Source: Haliotis rufescens (lineage: Eukaryota). From it: a stretch of 64,000 nucleotides of DNA. Positions 1 through 11,591 of the stretch are shown one piece after another. The stretch spans positions 71,796,001-71,860,000 of the forward strand of contig NW_025963779.1 in the NCBI RefSeq assembly GCF_023055435.1, given 5' to 3'. Every line of letters starts with the position of its first letter. Position 1 is the stretch's first letter. The notes under the pieces were generated by a model. That model was not told the DNA's origin and made no database searches. It was given only the letters and a program-made list of their open reading frames with translations. The position numbers and the translations under genes are program-made.

Positions 1-244
1 ATATTTACCAGGCTGAATCACACACGATGCATCACAGGTGCACTTAGGTAATGAACAGATTAACATGAAAATATAAGCATTCGGTTTAGTACAGAGTGTG
101 AAGATCCCACCAATGATGCCTAGTTGTTGCATGTGATCTTGGAATGACCTTGGCATTTTATGCAGCCATGACATCAGAAGCATATGCACAAACACCATGA
201 CGTATTTCAGGGTAAGTGTCCATTCATATTGGCTGCAGATCTCA

Positions 245-830
245 TGCATGACAACAGCCAGCATGACCAGCCATGCATGACAAATTGCACCATGACCTGC
301 CATGCATGACAAAGAGCCACCATGACCTGCCATGCATGACAAACAGCCAACATGACCTGCCATGCATGACAAACAGCCACCATGACCTGCCATGCATGAC
401 AAACAGCTACCATGACCTGCCATGCATGACAAACAGCCAACATGACCTGCCATGCATGACAAACAGCCAACATGACCTGCCATGCATGACAAACAGTCAG
501 CATGACCTGCCATGCATGATAGAGCAATTATGACCTGCCATGCATGACAAACAGCTACCATGACCTGCCATGCATGACAAACAGCCAACATGATCTACCA
601 TGCATGACAAACAGTCAGCATGACCTGCCATGCATGATAAAGAGCCATTATGACCTGCCATGCATGACAAACAGCTACCATGACCTGCCATGCATGACAA
701 ACAGCCAACATGACCTGCCATGCATGACAAACAGCCAACATGACCTGCCATGCATGACAAACAGCCAACATGACCTGCCATGCATGACAAACAGCCAACA
801 TGACCTGCCATGCATGACAAACAGCCATCA
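245..830. repeat. Minisatellite, 30-bp unit CATGACCTGCCATGCATGACAAACAGCCAA
   Basis: Direct inspection; 10-aa periodic ORFs. Confidence 0.95.
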
Positions 831-906
831 GACTTGCTGTGCAGACAATGGGCAACATGTAGTAAGCCTGCCACTGCCCCACCAGAGGGGAGATCTGCCT
901 TCCTAC

Positions 907-927
907 CTGGAGGTGTCGGCGAATGGC
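907..927 (-). CDS. Sulf1: Probable Sulf 21-nt microexon (AIRRHLQ)
   Basis: TTTATTTCAG| acceptor, CAG|GTAGGA donor; phase 0 to 0; continues EDLR with a match to vertebrate NLR-EVRGHLK. Confidence 0.7.
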
Positions 928-3900
928 CTGAAATAAACACCATGCAATTTGCATGTGAGATTATTCACATGATCCATATTTCTCAGTGGTAGAAATAAAA
1001 GTTTTCTACTTTGATGCATAATCAGTAGTGCATGTCTGCCATTACAGAGAGGTAGCGAAGCAGGCGGAGAAGGTATAAAGAATTCTTTATGCAAGGATAT
1101 AAGATCAGGTCCAGCATAAAACACATGCTTATTCTGCTCACCCTGAAATATTTCCTGAATCCCACGGATATTTACCCTGCCTCATCCTGCATCTTCTCCA
1201 TCTCACCTTGAATCTTCCCTACCTCACCCTGAACCTTCCCTGCCTCATTCGGAATCGACCCTGCCTCACTTGGACTCTTCCCTGCCTCATTCTGAATCGA
1301 CCCTGCCTCACCTGGAATCTTCCCTGCCTCATTCTGAATCTACCCTACCTCACCTGGAATCTTCCCTGCCTTATTCTGAATCTACCCTGCATCCCCTGGA
1401 ATCTTCCCTGCCTTATTCTGAATCTACCCTGCATCACCTGGAATCTTCCCTGCCTCATTCTGAATCGACCCTGCCCTATTCTTGTATCTACCCTGCCTCA
1501 CTTGGACTCTTCCCTGCCTCATTCTGAATATACCCTGCCTCACCTGGAATCTTCCCTGCCTCATTCTGAATCTACCCTGCATCACCTGGACTCTTCCCGG
1601 CCTCATTCTGAATCTACCCTGCCACACCTGGAATCTTCCCTGCCTCATTCTGAATCTACCCTGCCTCACCACGAATCTTCCTTGCCTCATTCTGAATCTA
1701 CCCTGGATCACCTGGAATCTTTTCTACCATCATCCAAACTTCACCTTAATCTATTTTATGTCGCTCTTCTCAAATCATCTCTTGCTAATATTTAGGCCCT
1801 TCTTGGCACATCCTGAGATCCCTTCTCAACTCACCCTGAGATCTTCTAATGCCTTGCGGTATTCTTTGATCATCTCTTCAATTTTCTCCTTGTGGTCTTG
1901 TAAGGCTCCTGGATCCTGGTACAGTTCCTGGTCGCAAGATATTGTGCCGTTGTCCAACATGCGACATCGGCGGTCAAACAGTTCAAAACCTGAACATAAA
2001 ATGTTTTTCGATACAAATTGAGGAAAACAAAATTCTGAACAAGGACACAAATTGTAGACAACAGCTAGGTCTGTATCAGGCAGCTGGTCTCACACTCCAG
2101 GCAACACACAGTTATCAACAGGAAAAAAACCCAAAACAAACTAAGAACAAAACACTTAATCATCTAAAACTCCAAGCCACAGGAGATATCACTTTGGTGA
2201 GATCAAGCGATATCTACATTGTAGATATCGCTGCAATGAAATTGCATCACAATGCTTTGCAGACCATTGTGACATCATTGGTTACCATAACGTAACAATC
2301 AAATGACATCACTAAAGGCTCTGCTACTGAAGCTGTTAGCAGTCCTTTTTACACTTAAGACACTGCTTATTACTGTCCACAAACTGAAAAAGTTGGAAGA
2401 ATGATTTTGGAGGATAAATAAAATCTCACCCTCGTGTCTTTTGATATCAAATATATCAACACTTGTTGATAAAAGTGGACAAACTCCTCGGCAAGCCTCA
2501 GAATTTTTCCACTTTTATCAACTCATGTTGATGTACTTGATATGAAAAGACACTCTAGATTCTCTATACAGCTCACATGTTGAGGTTCTCGTCTGGCCAT
2601 TGTGGCAAAGATTCAAGACAATGCATTTCGAAGACAGTGAAGTTCACAAAGAGCTTTGCACCGACACCTGAAAGCCACATCTAGGCAAATGTGGTGTCAT
2701 GTTGACAAGATGACACCCACCTATTGTACTCTGAAGATCAACTGCTGGTGAATTGTTCATTGTATAGAAGTCAGACACAGATCTCTTGGACCGAAGAAAC
2801 TTTGGACGGTACGCTGCAAGGAGAGACATTTGTAATCTTGTAAAACATGTTAAATGAGTGACTGCATCTTGTTAAATGGCAGAATTGTATCAAGGCAGTG
2901 GATAAGCAAAATATCGTCCTTTTTTCATGATGTCACCAAACAACATGGTTACCAGTTGTAGCAAGTTGGTGTCAAGTCGTTCATATACCATTACATGTGT
3001 TTAAAAAATTAATCTTCATGACTTCTATCTCTGTAGCAGACATCTGAGAAATCAGTGAGTGAGTGAGTGAGTGAGTGAGTGGGGTTTTACGCCGCTTTTA
3101 GCAATATTCCAGCAATATCACGGCGGGGGACACCAGAAAGGGGCTTCACACATTGTACCCATGTCGGGAATCGAACCCGGGTCTTCGGGGTGACGAGCGA
3201 ATGCTTTAACCACTAGGCTACCCGACCGCCCTCTGAGAAATCAGTGGCGGCAAAGGTCCAATCCCAACACCTTACAGCAGTCCCATTTCCCATGGCTGCT
3301 GAACATGACCTTTCCTTGTCTGTCTTACGTTTATTGAGGTGGGCTTTGAGGAACCGGCGCTGATTCTTCCTCTCTTGCTGCTTCAACTTCTTCTTGCGCC
3401 CGGCACAGTTGCAGCCGAACGCTTGATCGCTCTGTACCTGGTTCTCCCCACGACACTTGTGTTTCCGGGGGATTCCACTCGGGGTCTGCTCACAGTACCA
3501 CTTCTGTAAAGACACAAATGTGGATGTCACACACACGTGTAACCTGGGTACTCGGGTTGGGTGGGTACTGAGCAGGACCCGGGAACCCACAGGACTCCCC
3601 AAACCCATGGTTAGTCACATGATATATTGTTTAAAGCTAAAAATTATCACATTTCTTCCGGACTATTCACTTATTCCTTCTGAAATATAATTTTGAATAA
3701 AGATAAAGCTTCAGTCAACTTCAGTTATGCGTGACCAGATCGTTTTATAGTGTACCTAAATATTTTTTTGCCCAATCTCATTAAAATCAGATCCTAGTTC
3801 TCGCTGCCGCTAAACAAAGATCTGAAGACATCCCATTACGGGTCACGTCAGAACGACCTATCGTGAACCCTGACTGACCAATGGAATTACTGACAAGAAG

Positions 3901-6900
3901 TCGACATTAGCCAATCAGAAGGCAGCTTTCTTGTGCTTTACAGCACTAATTTCAAATTAGCGACTACGCTTCGAAACATATTTTGACAAATTCTCGCTTA
4001 AAAATTTGAAACCTGAACAAAAGAACATTCTCGAATGGCTAATATATGGTCCAGATTGTATAGATTCAGTTGTTATGCCCATAACTATTGTTCGGAATAC
4101 CCCGTTTTAAAGTTTTCGAGGCTGCATGAAATGAAATCACATTCTGACTGTCACTTTCATGATCTGGTAAGCGACGCTCTGATTGGTTGGATGAAAGGTC
4201 GTTCTGACGTGACCCCTAATGGGATGTCCTCAGATCTTTGTTTAGCGGTAGCGAGAACTAAGATCTGATTGTAATGAGATTGTTTTTTGCCAGGACGCTG
4301 ATCGAAAACAATTCCCTATCGGACATTTTGTACCAATCTCTTGAGACCTACAAGGGTCGGGTACCTAGTAGGGTCGGGTGTTAGTGGGGTGGGTACCTGG
4401 GTAGTAAATCTGGACTCATCCCAGCCCTAATACACAGCATCATCACTGAAATAGATCATAGCTCTCTGGTAGACCAGTCGCTGTCTTGTGCAATCCTTGC
4501 AAGCTGAAAGGCTGGGCTTTCATTGCTCTTGGGTATTCCATGGCAAATCACATTTATCATTGTTAGCTCACCCAAATTGAGATATTACGTTTGATACCTT
4601 CCTTAGTTTAATAAGCATCTCAAAGGATGAATGAACATTTTGAACACTGGTGAGATGACTTCGTTTGAATAACACTGTACAAAAGGCTTACACCACAGAT
4701 GATTCATTGGCTCCTGCGAAGATTGAGAGACACAAATTTGTTTTAAACCAAACAAAATATTCTTTCACTGTTTTAGCAATCATATTCATCCTGACCTGAT
4801 TGGCTTTACATGGCTGCTGGAAGTCTGGCTTCGAGCAGTCTCTCAGTTTACGTAGACGACCATTCAGATAGTAATGGTACTGTTCCTTGTCCTTTGTGTA
4901 GCCAGACCAGAAGTCTTTCTTTTCCTCACGGATCAACATCGTCATCTGCTTCTTTGTCACCTTACTGGAACAACATCAACACCAACTACAACCAGATCCA
5001 TCTGACAGAACACCAGAAAGGGCTTCAAACACCATGTGGGGAATGAACCCAAAACTTAAGTGTGACAAGCAAACACTTTAACCAGGCCACCCCACCACAA
5101 AGCACATAAATCAGAAGGAAGTTATGGGGTTCCCTCAACCAACTGCTCCATCACACCCAGTGCCCTCCCTCATCCTGTTCCACCCCACCTAATGCCCTCC
5201 CTTGCCCTGCTCCACCCCACCTAATGCCCTCCCTCATCCTGCTCCACCCCACCTAATGCCCTCCCTCGCCCTGCTCCACCCCACCTAATACCCTCCCTGA
5301 CCCTGCTCCACCCCACCTAATGCCCTCCCTCGCCCTGCTCCACCCCACCTAATGCCCTCCCTGCCCTGCTCCACCCCACCTAATACCCTCTCTCACCCTG
5401 CTCCACCCCACCTAATGCCCTCCCTCGCCCTGCTCCACCCCACCTAATACCCTCTCTCACCCTGCTCCACCCCACCTAATGCCCTCCCTCGCCCTGCTCC
5501 ACCCCACCTAATGCCCTCCCTCGCCCTGCTCCATCACACCCAGTGCCCTCCCTCATCCTATTCCACCCCACCTAATGCCCTCCCTTGCCCTGCTCCACCC
5601 CACCTAATGCCCTCCCTCATCCTGCTCCACCCCACCTAATGCCCTCCCTCGCCCTGCTCCACCCCACCTAATGCCCTCCCTGACCCTGCTCCACCCCACC
5701 TAATGCCCTCCCTCGCCCTGCTCCACCCCACCTAATGCCCTCCCTGCCCTGCTCCACCCCACCTAATACCCTCTCTCACCCTGCTCCACCCCACCTAATG
5801 CCCTCCCTCGCCCTGCTCCACCCCACCTAATACCCTCTCTCACCCTGCTCCACCCCACCTAATGCCCTCCCTCGCCCTGCTCCACCCCACCTAATGCCCT
5901 CCCTCGCCCTGCTCCACCCCACCTAATGCCCTCCCTCACCCTGCTCCATCCCACCTAATGCCCTCCCTCCTCCTGCTCCACCCCACCTAATGCCCTCCCT
6001 CACCCTGCTCCACCCCACCCAGTGCCCTCCCTCATCCTGCTCCACCCCACCTAATGCCCTCCCTCACCCTGCTCCACCCCACCTAATGACACCAACTGCA
6101 TCAAAGTCTGCGGGAAATAAGCCATAAATGATTTCAGATACTTGCAAAAAAATCAAGGCAACAAAATCAATTTAGGTACCATTAAACATTTGAATTCATT
6201 TTTTATCATTATACACATTCATAACATTTGGTTTAAAATGCTTTAAAGTCAAAAAGTGAAAGAAATGATTTTACACTTTTGTGTCAATATCCAATTTTAA
6301 GTCACTTAGGCCAGGTTCATACAGTGCCTATTATGGTTCCTGTTTGAGATCAGGCAGCGCTACGACATGAAAAGTGAAAAAGTCAGATTACTATCCTCAA
6401 TAATCTCAAATGTCCTATCATTTTCTGAACACAGCCGTATAAGTTTGTAACAGAGTCCTACGGATCATGAAAGGTCAAGAGAGGTCAGCCAAGCACTCCT
6501 GACAGTATGGTGCGTCCCGTAACATTTGGCAAACTCAGCCGATTTTGTCTAGTCGGATTACAATCGTGACTATGTCGTGACAGATTCTGCTGTATCGGAT
6601 CAAAATCATAACAATGTCCTGTGTTGTCTGGGGGGTGTCCTGTGGATCAGGACGCTGTCGTGATGAACGTGCATGCATTATTCATCGACATTTCTTGTCG
6701 ATTGAGTCCAGATTATGTCCAGATTTTGCCGAATACGAACTGTCTTTGTCGCTTCACTGTACGGTCACTGTCTGATCTTTGTCGGATCACATTGGGAAGA
6801 ATCGGGACTCTGTCAGGACAGATTCGGTCGTTTTTTCCCATGCGGAAGATACAAATCGGATGAGATTCGGATTAAGAACGGGAGATTCGGGACGAATTCG

Positions 6901-9900
6901 GCTGGAAATGGCGCTTCCTGAACAATATCTGATTGTTTGTAAATTTCCCGCCACGAATCACAGGATCTTGATCAGACTTTTGACAAATTTTAATCGGGAA
7001 TGGTCCCATCGAGGACGGCAGTAATAATCCTGAACGTGTGACTGAGCCCTTACACACAGTGGTTATTCTCAGTTTTAGAACAGGTCCCCAGCACCCGATG
7101 TCTGTCACTCAAGACAACTAAATGGGCAGTATTAAACAACATATTGTTTTCATCGAATTAAGCGTCCTGTTCCAATAAGGGCCCCATGACCAATCTGTTA
7201 GTAATTTCTATAAGCACCCCCTTCATGTGTACATGACACAATTGCTTACAGAAGGAAAATATATATGGTTCAGTACTATTATTGAAAAAGATTGAATTTC
7301 ATTGACGTCAGAACTTAGTTTGCTTATTACCATTCAATTCCTAAAAAAACCAAATTTAATTTGTGTATGGTTTTAACAAGCTTTTTACCACGATTACAGT
7401 ATAAGGCACTGGGAATCTATGATGGCCTTAACCCTATAAAATTGATGGATCACATTGTTGCCAGGATGTTCAGCAGGTTATATGTGAAGATATTTTCAGC
7501 AACACATAATCTACTTACCCTCTCTCTATGAGGATGGTGTCCCTCCATGGCCTCTTCATGGGGACAAATCCTCCATTCGCCTCCCTACAGGGACACACAC
7601 AACATCTGATGACTGTCTAAACACCACTGGACAGTCTTGTCAGTTATATCACAACAGCTTTGATGAAATGTCCACAAGAGCTGTGGAAACTTAAATAAAA
7701 TACCCAAATTGTTCGGTAAAATCAACTGAATTCCAAAGTGAATACATCTTGACTTGAATAATAATGTATGATATAACGTAAAAGTGCTATTCACTGATGC
7801 AGAGGTGGATTACACAGTGATGGCTAAAACATCTGCTGTATCACATAGACCGCTTAGTTTACAGATGCAAAAAAAGATAAGTTCTACCATATTAGACGGA
7901 TTCATTTCACTGGTGAAATAAATAAAAGACACAAGAAATCTTGTTTTCAGACAAGTGGGGCTATAGTTAGACAACATAGGATTTGGTATATAATATGATT
8001 TTGTTTAATTATGATGCACAATATCGAGAAAACTTTCCACAGAAATGTTTACACATACAGCAGCTGATCCTTGGCCATCCTGAGAAGCCGAAGCATGGAC
8101 CGGCCATCCATCTGCTCAGGTGTTGGCACCCCTGCCATATCCAGGATTGTCGGGGCCAGGTCCACGGTAGCTACAGGATTGTTGATCCTAGGGAGACCCA
8201 AAACAAAACTCTCATCCTCAACAGTTGATTTTTGTTTGCTTGTTAGCTTGTTTGTTGTTAATGGCCCCATGCAGCAATAATCCAGCTATATGACGGCAGT
8301 CTGTAAATAATCGAGTCTGGACCAGACAATCCAGTGATAGACATCACGAACATCGATCCATGCAATTGGGATACGATGACATGCAACAACCTAGTCAGCG
8401 AGCCTGACTTACTGATCCCGTTAGTCGCCTCTTACGACAAACATAGTCACCTTTTACTGCAAGCATGGGTTGCTGAAGACCTATTCTACCCTACATCTTC
8501 ACGGGTCTCCACAGTTAAACCTTTGTGACCTGGGCTTCCACTGAGTGAATAGTATTTCAGTTATATCAGGGCATGTTAGCCTATAATATCATAATAAATG
8601 CACTTATTATGCAGCAAATTAACATCACCAAGTGAATGCTCATGGCGCTACATTATTATTAACCCGGTGAATCGATAAGTTTTCACTCAATTTATATTCC
8701 CATCTCCCTGGGGAGTATACAAATTAATGTGAGATGAAAGCCTCAGGCATACACCACTTCACAAACTTTGTATCACTGAGTAATTAATATTTTAAAGTTA
8801 GGTGAATTTAAAGCTTGTCTCAGGATTGTCTTGCTGTAAAATGCTTTATATCACTGGTGTATTTACAATTCACTTTTCATGACATGTTATGCAAGTAAAT
8901 AATTCATGAAAAAAATGTTGTAATTTGGGGAAGGAAAAGAGTCATATCATTATGGTTTGCAATTCTGCAAAGAGTTTTTCAAAATGGCTGACTTTGAAAA
9001 AAAAAAAGTTGTACAAATATTTTGCTTGATGGATTCAATTGCTTTCCATTGCTAAACATGTTCTCAGTTGGACAACAACATACACTGTCCTCGGCATGAT
9101 ACCAGGGCCTCTCATTATCATGGGAATCCGGATGTCGAAGTCATATGGCATGGCCTTGCCCTTGACGAGCCCATACTGTCCCAGATGGTAGCCGTGGTCG
9201 GAGGTGTAGATGATGTAGGTGTTGTCAAGCTCTCCAAGCATCTTCAGCTCATTGTAAACCTGATGAAAACAAAACTTGCACCTCAAACTTTCAACTATCA
9301 CTAATGACAAGAATTTTCACCCAATTCTTCATCTTTAACTCTCAGAAAAGGGACGCTTTTTAAAAAATCTGATGTAGAAATGAGGTAGAGCGGCTAACAG
9401 AAAATCAATGACAATAAGCAGTGTCAAGACCAGTCTATGTGATTTTACTCCTCTTCTCTCACTGTTGTACTGCAGTTCACATGGCTTGGGTATCCATGAA
9501 CAAGCTCCACAAACTGACCATGCTTCATTACTCAGTGCCTTAAATACCCTAGACCCATTTGCTACTAGGGCTTTATTTTATTAAAATGACATAATGCTAA
9601 ATATAGTTATCCAATTAAATTACACACATGTGCCTGAGAAACTCTGTTGGAAGTGAGAGTTAGACAGTTGCAATGACATCCGCTGGCAAGTGAAGCGAGG
9701 ACAGAAAATGGGGCCAGAGTATTTTAATTATAACTGGAGATATAACACAATCAAGGAAAAGAATGGATCTCCTGGTCTCGTGATAAGATTTTTGGGTTCT
9801 TCATTAATTATGTTTGTAAAATGATCTTTGTAAAATGATGTTTGCAAATGGATGCTTGTAAATCATCTTTGTGAAAATAATTAATGTAAACTGATGTTTG

Positions 9901-11559
9901 CAAACTGATGTTTGTAAATTGATGTTTGCAAATTGATGTTTGTAAAATGATTATAAACTGGTGTTCAAAAACTGTTGTTTGTAAATTGGTGTTAGTAAAC
10001 TGCTTCTCTCCTCACCTTCTCCACAAGATCATCAACTGACTGCAACGTCTGTAGCCGCTTCCTCTGCAGCATGTCGGTGAAGTGGCGATACAGTGGTGTC
10101 ATGGACGCTGTGTACTGCAGCAGCCATTGCTTGTCTGGGTTTGGAGCAAAGTTCCAACTCGGTGTCCTACACAAAACAAGTACTGTACTAATTGGGCATG
10201 AGCTCAGCATCTTCCACTAAAAGATAGCAATATGTCGCTGTGTGATTATTTTATCTGCAAAAGCCTGAAATAATTCTTACTGTGAATAAATGTATCATAT
10301 CCCAGTTTGATTAGCTCTTAATGTGTAAAAAATAGAAACCTTTCCGGTATTCTGTCTTTTGGACAAAACATACCAGTATAGGAAAGCTAGTCCTGCCATG
10401 GCAGTATTTCATACCGATGATACATGCATGTTCTTCAAGGCAGATTTCCAAAACATTCAAATCTCTACACAGAATTCAGTAAATAATCCAATCTGGACCT
10501 GACACAGGAGTGGCAGATGCACAACAATCACTACCACCATGACTCCTCACATCCCACAATGTAGTCCAGTCTTTCAATTTTAGTCAGCTCAAGTGAGTAG
10601 GCTTTCACACCACCTTCGACAATACTTCAGCAATATCATGGCAGGTGACACCAGCTTCACAAATTGTACCCACTAGGATGAAAACCCAGGTCTTTGGTGA
10701 GACGAGCTAGTGCTCCAACCACTAGCCTACCCCTTTGTCTGTTCACAAGAAGCTACTACCTCGAGTTACAGTTCTCTAACCAAACAGGCCTGTTTTAAAT
10801 AATGAATTTAATGTCAATTTAATACCCACATTAAGTATTATGATTGCTGTATGTTTTATGCTGCTTTTAGAAATATTCCAGCAATATCACAGTTACGGAT
10901 ACCAAAATTGGGCTTCTCACATTATACCCACGTGGGGAATGAAACCCAGGATTCGGCAGGACGAGCAACCAGTTTAACCCCAAGACTACCCCACAGCCAG
11001 ACTGCTCCATAAGTTAAGAGTGCTGGTACTTGCATTAACTTACTAAATTTTATGGTTTACCTGCTCCAGAAATAGTTGTGTGTCTACAATCTATTTCCCC
11101 AGAATAAGCATGGCAGTCGAGATAAGGAGTACTCCCAATTACCAAGGGTTAAAACATGAAGCCTCCCGATAGGTTTAACTGGGAGCTATGCATGCCAATA
11201 AGGTAATTACGGTGTTCAAATAACCAGCACATTGTGGGCCTCTTGGACAGTGTGTGAAAGTCTGCACACATCTTGTACCTGTGGGAGGTGTTGTTTTTGA
11301 ACATGTGTTGATACTGTGGGGCAGCATCTTCAGGTCCGTGAGGGGCAGGCACACTCAACACCATCAGCACAGGCCTGCAACATCAACAACACTGGATGTA
11401 GTGTACTGCAGCCCTGAAGGGAGACAACTCTTCAGTGCTTGTGTCTGTCTGGGGCATTATTTCTGCATGTGTTGGAATAACTGTATTCTTATGAACTGTA
11501 TAGAGTTAGAGATGTTGCTTAACACTGCTGTTAAAATCTAAGCCATAATGCGAGAGAGA

Positions 11560-11591
<32 letters not shown>

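Noticed and set aside
207-1795. Periodic ORFs (HDLPCMTNSQ, LPCLILN and similar)
   Set aside because: They are translations of intronic minisatellites, open in several frames on both strands, with no splice or domain support.
2577-2667. Possible extra Sulf exon ([30 protein letters not shown])
   Set aside because: It needs a 53-nt intron and ends in phase 2, breaking frame with the phase-1 acceptor at 1989; no Sulf similarity.
3150-3231. tRNA genes (A/B boxes; also at 12790-12867, 39480-39554, 62475-62553)
   Set aside because: No proper acceptor stem; each continues into a shared body and tail with TSDs, so they are SINE heads.
3309-3328. Alternative donor GAAAG|GTCATG extending exon 9
   Set aside because: Phase 2 is incompatible with the next acceptor; C|GTAAGA fits.
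6621-7108. Cluster of overlapping short ORFs in CpG-rich DNA
   Set aside because: No recognisable domain; better explained as the interior of a non-autonomous DNA transposon.
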